Positions 53,195-61,163 of a DNA stretch of 64,000 bases are shown piece after piece. Location of the stretch: NCBI GenBank assembly GCA_002402545.1, contig DHGA01000037.1, forward strand, positions 39,180 to 103,179. The letters run 5' to 3'. The stretch is from Syntrophaceae bacterium UBA4810 (GTDB taxonomy: Bacteria; Desulfobacterota; Syntrophia; Syntrophales; Smithellaceae). Position 1 is the stretch's first letter; each line of letters opens with the position of its first letter. Below the pieces are notes generated by a model. It saw nothing but the letters and a program-made list of their open reading frames with translations. It was not told the DNA's origin and did not search any database. The position numbers were made by a program, and so were the translations under genes.

Positions 53195-55381
53195 TTATTG
53201 TCCGTTCATTTTGGTGATTTTTGTTTTTGTCTCCTCGTTCAGGAAATACCACAGGCCGATTAGTTTGAGAGTTTCTACTTTCGGAATGCCGGCGGCGCTC
53301 CAGCCGCGTTCCTCATAATACACGCTGATCAGTTTTTTTAATTCTTCTTTTCTGTGCTTGATCAGAATTTCGCGCTTTTCAGCGGTTTTCATTTTTTGAA
53401 TTTCCGCCAGGGGCTTATTGAGAATAATGCCTAGCTGCTGATCGTGATAATCTTTTTCTGTTTCATAGAGGTTATCTTCTGTCGGGCCAATGGCTCTGTC
53501 AGGAATCCAGTCTTGTTCGCCCGTGTTCTTCCCGTAGGTCATTACATTCATCACCCGCTGTAAATTAATGTCTCTGTCTGTCTGCTCGAATATTTTTTCC
53601 CAGGTCATATTTGTGCCCAGCATGCCGTTATAAAAATCCGCGTAGATTTCCTGCGAGGCGGGATTGATGTAAATATCCGTATTCTTGCGCTTTTCTGATT
53701 CAGGATTAAAAACATCCACCCAAGGCAATTTGCACAGGCCCAGATTGTCATTGCCCAGGCGCACACGCGGATAAGTAATCAGCGCTTTTGCCTTATCCTG
53801 AAATGTCGGAAACGCGCCCAGCAAATCGGCTTTAATCAGCCAGGCGGCGGCATGATGCGCCCCGATATCGCTTGCGGCGGCATAAGATGCCTGCATGGAT
53901 AACGACCGGTGCGTTCGATAAAGAGAAAAAGGCAGCCCCTTAGTCTGCATGGCAAATCGTTCCAGTTCTTTTTTGGGATTGGGCTTACCGGTTCTTTTGG
54001 TGTATTGAGAAGCAATCCATGTGATCAGATCAAGCATGCCCGCGCCTGCGACTTTAGTTAAATCAGTTCCCTCGCAGGCAAGCTGATGAATAAATGTCAG
54101 CGCGGCTTGTTCATCGCCCCAGTTCAGTTCGAATTCATCTGTACCTTCTTTGGTCAAAAAGCCGCGCTGGTAGCATTCCATTAAAAAGGCCATAATTACA
54201 GCGGTGGTGATGGTATCTATCCCATAATTATCGCAATGCCAGTTTGCCTCCATAATAAATTCCGGACGCCACATGCCCAGGTTGGAACCGAAACCGGCGG
54301 CTGTTTCATATTCTGGGCCATCCACCCATACTTTGCGGCCTTTGTGTTCACCTGATGTCAACGTTACCCAGCCGCCTTTGGTGCATCTTAAATTACAGCC
54401 GGGAAAGCATCCGTCCATGCCGCGATGATCAAAAAGATGCTCGGCGTAAAATTTGCCGCAGATCTGATCCGCTTGCGGATGCGAGCCGAACTGATAATTG
54501 TTCACCGGTAAGGATTTATAGTCTTCCTTATTCATAAACGCGATCAAGCCAGCGGAGCCTTTGCGGTACATCTTGAGCGACTGCGGATCTACCTCTTTGA
54601 CAACATGGTGTAGTTTCGCGCCCGCCTTTTTCACCTTATCCCAATCGGCCGCGCCATACGGATTTTCACCCCGTGGATAATCGGCAAGAACAACAACGGC
54701 GCGGAGATTTTTTTGAATCATCACTGAACCAAGACCGGTGCGTCCCGCCTGCTTGCTGCGGTAAAGGCCTTTTGTTCCATCAACAGGTTTAACAGCATCA
54801 TAATAATGACTGTTGATACAGCCATAGGACGTATTGGCCGCGCCGATCCCTGTGGTTAAAAAAACGATATTCTTTTTTTCATAACCGGCGGCGGTAAACT
54901 GCTCAATGATAACTTTTTCCAGCTCGAAGACCTGATCAATAACCGGAGCTTTTTTTATGGATATTTCACCCTTGACGCTGTCGATTACAATCATGGTATT
55001 ATCTGGGGCAATGCCGGTTATCTCCAGCGCGTCGAATCCCGCGTATTTCAGATACGCGCCGAAATGACCACCGAAATTCGAGACGCCCGGAATATGCGTA
55101 AGGGGCGACAAGGAAATAGCCATACATTTGCTTGTGCCGGGAAATTGAGGAATGCCGCCCAGAGGCCCCGGCGCAAAGATCAGGGGATTTTCCGGAGCAA
55201 AGGCGTTTGTTTTACCGTTTATTTTTTTATGCAGCAGATAAAGCCCCAGCCCCCGGCCGCCGATAAAATAATCTCTGATCCGCGGCTCCAATGAATGGGC
55301 GGCAATTTTGCCGTCTTGTAAATCTATCGAAAGAATCTGATTGGCATATCCGTTTTGCAGCGCTGTTTTCGTATATTGCAT
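53195..55381 (-). CDS. aor: Aldehyde:ferredoxin oxidoreductase family (tungstopterin) protein
   Basis: N-terminus 'GYANQILSIDL..G.I' with 'IGGRGLG'. AOR-type blocks 'GRTGLGSVMIQKNLRAVVV' and 'DGPEYETAAGFGSNLG', and C-terminal 'YYEERGW'. ATG 55381 preferred. Confidence 0.9.
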   Translation of the reverse strand: MQYTKTALQNGYANQILSIDLQDGKIAAHSLEPRIRDYFIGGRGLGLYLLHKKINGKTNAFAPENPLIFAPGPLGGIPQFPGTSKCMAISLSPLTHIPGVSNFGGHFGAYLKYAGFDALEITGIAPDNTMIVIDSVKGEISIKKAPVIDQVFELEKVIIEQFTAAGYEKKNIVFLTTGIGAANTSYGCINSHYYDAVKPVDGTKGLYRSKQAGRTGLGSVMIQKNLRAVVVLADYPRGENPYGAADWDKVKKAGAKLHHVVKEVDPQSLKMYRKGSAGLIAFMNKEDYKSLPVNNYQFGSHPQADQICGKFYAEHLFDHRGMDGCFPGCNLRCTKGGWVTLTSGEHKGRKVWVDGPEYETAAGFGSNLGMWRPEFIMEANWHCDNYGIDTITTAVIMAFLMECYQRGFLTKEGTDEFELNWGDEQAALTFIHQLACEGTDLTKVAGAGMLDLITWIASQYTKRTGKPNPKKELERFAMQTKGLPFSLYRTHRSLSMQASYAAASDIGAHHAAAWLIKADLLGAFPTFQDKAKALITYPRVRLGNDNLGLCKLPWVDVFNPESEKRKNTDIYINPASQEIYADFYNGMLGTNMTWEKIFEQTDRDINLQRVMNVMTYGKNTGEQDWIPDRAIGPTEDNLYETEKDYHDQQLGIILNKPLAEIQKMKTAEKREILIKHRKEELKKLISVYYEERGWSAAGIPKVETLKLIGLWYFLNEETKTKITKMNGQ

Positions 55382-55701
55382 GTTGTATGTGTCCTTGGCA
55401 AATAAGTAACGCACACTAGAGCAAACATCTTAAAAAATCAATAATAAAAAGACATTAAGGCTTTCTATAAATTACAAACCTCTTTTTGGTGTCGCTATCT
55501 AAAACCAAATCCTCAAAATGCGCGGGTGCTTTCAGCAGTCAGTTCTTCCTGAAGTCCATATTTGACATAACCCATAAGAAGATGTTACTTTTACCTTCAC
55601 AATTGCTAAAATGATGTGGCCATAAAAGCTCTTTTTATAGCGCGTTCTTTAAGGAAAGATTGTTTGATAACAAAGCATTTGATCAAAGAAAGGAAAATGC
55701 C

Positions 55702-56619
55702 ATGAAAAAATTTTACTTTTTAAAAATAATTACTACCCTGCTGATATTATCGATTTTCCAGGCATGTTATGTAACCGCGCCTGTGTATGAAACCCCCAGC
55801 GGAGGCGGAGTTTATGAACCACCTCCGATTGTGTTCCAAACACCTCCTCATGTGGTAGTCATACCGGATACAGATGATGTTTACGTTGTTCCCCATATAG
55901 ACATAGACTTATTTTTCTGGAGTGGCTGGTGGTGGCGTCCGTGGCAGGGCCGCTGGTACCGCTCACCTTATTATAACCGGGGTTGGGTTATTTTTAACGC
56001 TATTCCGGTTTTTTACTATGACGTAGATCCAGGCTGGAGAGGATATTACAGAGACCGGCACTGGCGTGGTCATCGATGGAACTATGAACGGATTCCTCAC
56101 GACCGGCTTAACAAAAACTGGCAAAACTGGAGAAACGACCGGTATTGGGAAAGCAGAAAAACCTGGAATGTTCAGAAATATAAGCCTCGTCCGCAAGAGC
56201 AAAGGCAGGAGCTAAGAAGACAGAGGCAAAACGAGTATGAAAAAAGACCTGAATTCAGGCAACCACAGCGGCAGCCTGAGATACAACAGCCACCGCAACA
56301 GCCCGAGATCCAGCAGCCTCAGCGGCAGCCTTGGGGACAACAGCCGCAAAGCCAGCCGCAGGTTCAGCAGCCACAAGTTCCGCCATCACAGCAGCCTGAA
56401 ATAAAACAGCCTCAGCGGCAGCCTTTAAGTAAGCAACCGCAAAGAAAGCCGCGGATTCAAGAACCGCAGGTTCAGCCACCGCAGCAGCCGGATATTAAAC
56501 AGCCGCAGAGGAAACCTCAGGTTCAAAAGCCGCAAAGAAAGCCTGTGATTCAACCGGAGGAGGAACCGGAGGATCAACAGCCGGGTATAAACCCTCAGGT
56601 ACAACAGCCGCGAAGATAA
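55702..56619 (+). CDS. Lipoprotein with Trp/Arg/Tyr-rich core and Pro/Gln-rich C-terminal repeats
   Basis: Lipobox 'LSIFQAC'. Core 'WSGWWWRPWQGRWYRSPYYNRGW'. About 130 aa of 'QQPEI(Q/K)QPQRQP'-type repeats. ATG 55702 behind AAGGAAAA. Confidence 0.6.
   Translation: MKKFYFLKIITTLLILSIFQACYVTAPVYETPSGGGVYEPPPIVFQTPPHVVVIPDTDDVYVVPHIDIDLFFWSGWWWRPWQGRWYRSPYYNRGWVIFNAIPVFYYDVDPGWRGYYRDRHWRGHRWNYERIPHDRLNKNWQNWRNDRYWESRKTWNVQKYKPRPQEQRQELRRQRQNEYEKRPEFRQPQRQPEIQQPPQQPEIQQPQRQPWGQQPQSQPQVQQPQVPPSQQPEIKQPQRQPLSKQPQRKPRIQEPQVQPPQQPDIKQPQRKPQVQKPQRKPVIQPEEEPEDQQPGINPQVQQPRR
56240..56600 (+). repeat. Degenerate in-frame tandem repeats (CAGCC-/CAGCAGCC-rich) encoding the PQ-rich tail
   Basis: Repeated 'cagcctcagcggcagcc', 'cagccgcag' and 'caaccgcaaagaaagcc' units are visible in the sequence. 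Confidence 0.7.
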
Positions 56620-56661
56620 CCTGAATTCCAGCAGGTTAATAAGTTTAATCTTACTTTCTTT

Positions 56662-56694
56662 ATTGGGCGGCGGTTTTATAAGCCGCCGCCCAAT
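56662..56694 (+). terminator. Putative intrinsic terminator after the lipoprotein gene
   Basis: 12-bp GC-rich stem ATTGGGCGGCGG / CCGCCGCCCAAT with a 9-nt loop, followed by TTTCAAT. Confidence 0.55.
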
Positions 56695-56832
56695 TTCAAT
56701 AATCTTAAAGAATAATTTCTCTCTCACAATATTGTTAAAAGAAACACCGCGTGTTATAGGCCACATGTCATGATTGCCACAGCGGCTTTCGCCGCGATGC
56801 GATGACAAATTCAGAAAAGTGACTTTATTATT

Positions 56833-57468
56833 TTGGAAAAATACACGCTGCTGCAAAACATACTTTTAGGACTAAGCTTGGCCGCGCCAATCGGGCCGGT
56901 TAATCTGGAAATCATCAAACGCGGGCTGAAATCAGGATTCAAACAGGCTTTTCTCACCGGCGCGGGAGCGATGAGCGCGGATGCCACCTATCTGACACTG
57001 ATTTTTTTCGGGCTGGCCGCCTTTCTGAATATTGCCCCTTTAAAAATAATTCTTGGATTTTTGGGAAGTTTTGTTCTGGTTTATCTCGGCTTGATGAGCA
57101 TAAGAGAATTCTTTCATAAAAAAGCGATTACAGAAAATGAACCACGGCGGCTTTTTAAAAATTCCTATGCCGCGGGTTACGTTATAACCATTTCCTGCCC
57201 GATAACCATTGTCTGGTGGACAGGTATTTTCGGAGCGCTGCTGGCCTCACAGGCAGAAACGCAAACAAGCCTATCCGCTTATTTATCCTGCCTTACTATT
57301 TTGCTGGGCTGTTTTATCTGGGTGATTTTTATCTCTGCGGCGCTGCATTGGGGTAAAAAAATAATTACTGATAAATTTGTGAGGTTTATTTCTTTAATCG
57401 CCGGATTTTTTCTTATCGGCTTCGGAATTTATTTTTTCTGGCGGGCAATCGGGTTGATAATCAATTAA
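56833..57468 (+). CDS. LysE/RhtB family amino-acid efflux translocator
   Basis: N-terminus 'LLGLSLAAPIGPVNLEIIKRGL' and six hydrophobic segments. Apparent TTG start. Confidence 0.8.
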   Translation: MEKYTLLQNILLGLSLAAPIGPVNLEIIKRGLKSGFKQAFLTGAGAMSADATYLTLIFFGLAAFLNIAPLKIILGFLGSFVLVYLGLMSIREFFHKKAITENEPRRLFKNSYAAGYVITISCPITIVWWTGIFGALLASQAETQTSLSAYLSCLTILLGCFIWVIFISAALHWGKKIITDKFVRFISLIAGFFLIGFGIYFFWRAIGLIIN

Positions 57469-57493
57469 TTTTTTACTAAAACCCGCATAGGCC

Positions 57494-57613
57494 GTCATTC
57501 CCGCGAAGGCGGGAATCCATAATTTTTATGATCCTGGATTCCGGGTCGCGCTGCGCTTGCCCGGAATGACAAACCAAGAGATTGATTCAGCGCTTATCGC
57601 GCCCCGCAATGAC
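57494..57613. repeat. Family B nested palindrome plus family A unit
   Basis: 'gtcattcccgcgaaggcgggaatccataatttttatgatcctggattccggg..cccggaatgac' then 'gattgattcagcgcttatcgcgccccgcaatgac'. Confidence 0.8.
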
Positions 57614-57630
57614 AATTGTGGTGCAAATAT

Positions 57631-57775
57631 TTATCCTTGAGATGACTCCGTAAAATGCTCCAGAGGCAAGGCGCGCGAGTATCGCAAAGTGAGGCCTGCT
57701 TTTTCGTAGGTCGCAGCGACGCGAACACGGCGCAACGCAGCATATGGGCATTTTAAGGTGTCATCAAAGGTGTTA
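57631..57775. repeat. Intergenic element of about 140 nt related to 61010-61160
   Basis: Shared blocks 'gtgaggc', 'gca(g/a)cgacg' and 'gca(t/g)atgggc(a/g)(t/c)ttt' in the same order. By eye only about 60% similar. Confidence 0.45.
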
Positions 57776-58636
57776 TCAGAAATCGCGCGGCAGTTCGTCG
57801 AGTTCGCCCAATGAAAAGACCGGCCCATCGGAACAGACGTATTTGTAACCCACATTGCAGCGGCCGCATTTGCCGATGCCGCATTTCATACGCATCTCGA
57901 GCGATGTCAGAATATTTTCTTTGGAAAAGCCCAACTCAAAAAATACCGGCAGAGTAAACTTGATCATAACGGGCGGCCCGCAGATTAATGCCACAGAATT
58001 TTTCGGCGAGGGAGCAACTTCTTTGCACACGGCCGGAACAAAACCTTCCCTGCCTTGCCATGCTTCATCACCTTTATCAACTGTAATGATTGAATTTATA
58101 TCGTCTCTCTTTTCCCAGGCGGCAAGTTCATCCTTATATAAAAGCAGCCCCGGGTTTCTCGCCCCGTAAATAACGGTGATATCTCCGAAACGCTTGCGGT
58201 TATCCTTGTGCAGCATGTAGTTGATGAGCGATCTGAGCGTGGTAAAGGCAAATCCGCCGCCCACGACAACGATATTTTTTTTCTCCAGAAATTCAATCGG
58301 CCATGAATTACCCAATGGCCCTCTGATTCCAATTTTTGCGCCCTCATCCAAATCATGCAGGGCCGAAGTTACCGTTCCGGGAACAACGGCGCCCATGCGC
58401 ATAACCGTGAATTCGACGTATCCCGGCTCGGTCGGTGACGAAGCAATGCCTATCGGCGATTCGCCTTTCCCGTAAATTGACAGTTCGGCAAACTGCCCCG
58501 GCAGGTATTTGAAGTTTGCTTCATCATCTTTATTCAAGAAAACCAGCCGGAATGTTTTGATGTCGTGCGTATCCACTTCATCGATAATTTTCGTTATCTC
58601 CACCGGCACAGGTATATAGGGGTTTTTATTAATCAT
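57776..58636 (-). CDS. FAD/NAD(P)-binding oxidoreductase with C-terminal [2Fe-2S] site (sulfhydrogenase gamma / AsrB / FlxA-like)
   Basis: Ferredoxin-reductase fold 'PGQFAELS..PIGIASSP', 'VVVGGGFAFT', and C-terminal 'CGIGKCGRCNVG'. Confidence 0.8.
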   Translation of the reverse strand: MINKNPYIPVPVEITKIIDEVDTHDIKTFRLVFLNKDDEANFKYLPGQFAELSIYGKGESPIGIASSPTEPGYVEFTVMRMGAVVPGTVTSALHDLDEGAKIGIRGPLGNSWPIEFLEKKNIVVVGGGFAFTTLRSLINYMLHKDNRKRFGDITVIYGARNPGLLLYKDELAAWEKRDDINSIITVDKGDEAWQGREGFVPAVCKEVAPSPKNSVALICGPPVMIKFTLPVFFELGFSKENILTSLEMRMKCGIGKCGRCNVGYKYVCSDGPVFSLGELDELPRDF

Positions 58637-58659
58637 TTATGCTTCAATCCTCTTCATTA

Positions 58660-59697
58660 TCACGCCTTCATCGCGTCTTCTATAAGGGAATAGATATCTA
58701 TATTCACGGGACAATGTTTTGTGCAGCGGCCACAGCCCACGCAGGAGATTACGCCGTATTTTCTTACATGGTATGAATATTTATGATTTATTTTCTGTCT
58801 TAATCTCTGATAAACGTGCGTGCGGGGATTATGCCCGCTCGCTTCCAGCGTGAAATCTGTAAACATGCAGGCGTCCCAAACACGGCGCCTTATCCCCTGA
58901 GCAAACAGGGTGTCGTCACAAATATCAAAACAATAACAGGTCGGGCAGACAAAAGTGCAGACACCGCAACTAATGCACGCGGAGGAAACTCGGGTCCAAA
59001 AATCAGTATTATAAAAAAGGTCTTCCAGCTTTTTGGTAATTGCTCCCGGCTCCAGACACATGCTGCGTGTTTTATATTCTTTCCCTTTTTTAATATATTC
59101 CTCGTAATACTTTTTATCAGCTGCCTTGCCCTCATTGAGCACTTTCAGTTCGGCAAGAATTTTTTCGCCTTTCGGGGTAACGCTATTAAGCAGCAGATCG
59201 CCTCCCTTTTTAACCATGAAGACATCAGAGCCTTCAGGATCAGCCGCGCCAATGCCCAGCGTCTGGTAAAATTCCTCCGGCTGGGCGGGCTTTTCCAGAT
59301 CAAAGGCGTAACCGAAAATTACCGCCGTTTCTCTTCTTTGTTTCCAGAAAGGATCGACGATTCCCGACGCGTTAAAATGTATATCCATTATTTCGAAGCT
59401 TTTCACGTCACACGGACGCGCCCCAAAAAGAAATGCCGGCGGCAAATTCAACGCGACCACAGAAGCGGTATCAATGGGCTTGCCTGTTTCGTATTTGATA
59501 AAATCTTCTTTGTGGGGGAAAAAGGCCGCTTTCGGGCTGGCTATTGTGTTATGAAAATCCAGATCAACCTGCTTTGGATCCTTAATTTCCACAAAATTGT
59601 AGCCGGAAATTTCCTTCACCGGCGCCAGCAGCAACCCTTTATCCATTAACGCGGCAGCCAGCTCGGATATTTTATTTATGGAAATTTTTTTCAACAC
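58660..59697 (-). CDS. 4Fe-4S dicluster protein (sulfhydrogenase beta / AsrA-like)
   Basis: 'CISCGVCTFVCPTCYCFD' and 'CVGCGRCTKHCPVNI'. GTG 59697 or TTG 59694 follows the RBS GGAGAGG. The longer ORF-track start would overlap the upstream gene by 41 nt. Confidence 0.75.
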   Translation of the reverse strand: MLKKISINKISELAAALMDKGLLLAPVKEISGYNFVEIKDPKQVDLDFHNTIASPKAAFFPHKEDFIKYETGKPIDTASVVALNLPPAFLFGARPCDVKSFEIMDIHFNASGIVDPFWKQRRETAVIFGYAFDLEKPAQPEEFYQTLGIGAADPEGSDVFMVKKGGDLLLNSVTPKGEKILAELKVLNEGKAADKKYYEEYIKKGKEYKTRSMCLEPGAITKKLEDLFYNTDFWTRVSSACISCGVCTFVCPTCYCFDICDDTLFAQGIRRRVWDACMFTDFTLEASGHNPRTHVYQRLRQKINHKYSYHVRKYGVISCVGCGRCTKHCPVNIDIYSLIEDAMKA

Positions 59698-59707
59698 AAA
59701 CCTCTCC

Positions 59708-60571
59708 TTACTCCAGAATCTTATCGGAATCCTCAACGCGGAAATCAACCAGCGCCGGTTTATCCTCCAGCTTCATTCCCGCCGCCTGTCCGAACATCTC
59801 TTCACATTCCTTGGCTACTTTTTTATGGAACAGATACAAAGGAATATCCACGGGACAGGCGCGTGAACATTCGCCGCAATCTATACAGCGGCCGGCCAGG
59901 TGATGGAATCTGGTGAGATGATACATCATATTGCCGGGTGACTGTGGGGCCTTATCCGCCCAGCGTGGTTTGTTTTGATCAATAAAACAGGGATCGCAAT
60001 AGCACATCGGGCAGGCCTTGCGGCAGGCGTAACAGCGGATACATTTATCAAATTCTTTCTTCCAAAAAGCCCAGCGTTCTTCCTTGTCCATCGCCTCGTA
60101 TTCGGCCAGCACTTCATAAGGCGAGATAATTTTTTGGCCATGAATTTCTTCACCCAGCAAAATATCATAAATCACCGGATTATAAAGTCCGCCGGTAGTT
60201 TTGCTATCGATAACTTCGTTTGTTTTTTGATTTTTCATGCCGTACGCGGGAATGCCCATAATAACCAAGTCTTCACGTCGGACTTTTTCTTCCTGAACAA
60301 GCTGAATAATCGCGCGGCTGTCCGCCGCTTTGGCGGCAATGGCGATTTTTGTTCCCCAGGGATAACGCATTAAATACCTGGCCATGTTAAAATTACAGTA
60401 TTCGTTAAAGACGAGACTCTCAACATGGGCAATGGCTTTTGCGGCAAAAGGCATGGGGTGCTTTTCATCATAGCCCCTGCCGTAAGCCAGCACCACGGCT
60501 ACTTCGCCTGCTTCCAGCAATCTTTTTGCTTCTTTTTTTAAGTTGTTTTCAATCTGCCTGAAATCAGTCAT
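59708..60571 (-). CDS. Fe-S protein (FrhB-like N-terminal region + 4Fe-4S clusters; FlxC-like)
   Basis: 'CIRCYACRKACPMCYCDPC' and 'CIDCGECSRACPVDI'. ATGA overlap with the mvhD-like stop. Confidence 0.7.
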   Translation of the reverse strand: MTDFRQIENNLKKEAKRLLEAGEVAVVLAYGRGYDEKHPMPFAAKAIAHVESLVFNEYCNFNMARYLMRYPWGTKIAIAAKAADSRAIIQLVQEEKVRREDLVIMGIPAYGMKNQKTNEVIDSKTTGGLYNPVIYDILLGEEIHGQKIISPYEVLAEYEAMDKEERWAFWKKEFDKCIRCYACRKACPMCYCDPCFIDQNKPRWADKAPQSPGNMMYHLTRFHHLAGRCIDCGECSRACPVDIPLYLFHKKVAKECEEMFGQAAGMKLEDKPALVDFRVEDSDKILE

Positions 60572-60999
60572 GCTTTCTCCTGAAGCTGCTCTATCTTTAG
60601 CTTTTGCTGAGGGCCAAGCTCTTTTATCTGAGCGGTAAATTCCTGGACCACTTCCGCGAACTTATTGCCTTCCGAGGCGGAAATCCACTCCACACGGAAT
60701 CTTCCCGGCTCCAATCCCGCAAACTCCAGTATTTTTTTGGTTACGGCCAGTCTTCTTCTGGCGTAAAGATTTCCCGTGTTATAGTGACAGTCGCCGGGAT
60801 GGCAACCGCCCACCAGCACGCCGTCAGCGCCGAGCTGAAACGCGCGGAAAATAAACGAAGGATTAATGCGACTGGAACACATCACCCGAACCACCCGGAG
60901 ATTCTGCGGATAATGCAGGCGGGTTGTCCCTGCCAAATCCGCGCCGGTATAAGTGCACCAGTTACAGGCGATGCCCAGTATTTTCGGTTCAAATGACAT
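60568..60999 (-). CDS. mvhD: MvhD-like (methyl-viologen-reducing hydrogenase delta subunit family) protein
   Basis: 'ILGIACNWCTYTGADLAG', 'VMCSSRINP' and 'GADGVLVGGCHPGDCHY' are typical MvhD/FlxD motifs. Confidence 0.85.
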   Translation of the reverse strand: MSFEPKILGIACNWCTYTGADLAGTTRLHYPQNLRVVRVMCSSRINPSFIFRAFQLGADGVLVGGCHPGDCHYNTGNLYARRRLAVTKKILEFAGLEPGRFRVEWISASEGNKFAEVVQEFTAQIKELGPQQKLKIEQLQEKA

Positions 61000-61009
61000 A
61001 AAAAATTAT

Positions 61010-61160
61010 CCTTTTCTACAAAACGCAATTTTTTTATGTGCCGTTCAAAAGTGTCCCAGATGCGCGGCCCGCGAAGCCTGAGGAGTGAGGCGTATAGTTT
61101 CATACGCCGCAACGACGAAGGCTGAAGCGGAACAAAGCAGATGGGCGCTTTTCAACGGCA
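61010..61160. repeat. Intergenic element between hdrA and mvhD related to 57631-57775
   Basis: See 57631-57775. It occupies the otherwise unexpected 164-nt gap inside a tightly packed operon. Confidence 0.45.
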
Positions 61161-61163
61161 TAC

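Noticed and set aside
53195-55381. The unusually long AOR (about 728 aa) as a possible fusion
   Set aside because: The C-terminal part still carries the normal AOR end ('YYEERGW...G.P'). The extra length looks like internal insertions, and no separate domain was recognised.
56425-56856. 143-aa minus-strand ORF and 74-aa ORF (56255-56479) antisense to the PQ-repeat region
   Set aside because: They are repeat-driven open frames on the opposite strand (Leu/Arg- or Ala-rich). The plus-strand lipoprotein has a signal peptide, lipobox and RBS.
57631-57855. 74-aa minus-strand ORF
   Set aside because: It covers the non-coding element downstream of the hdr-like operon and overlaps the 3' end of the FAD/NAD gene in another frame.
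58816-59649. 277-aa ORF on the plus strand
   Set aside because: It is entirely antisense to the well-supported 4Fe-4S protein gene (58660-59697). It has no motifs and an Arg/Phe-rich composition typical of shadow ORFs.
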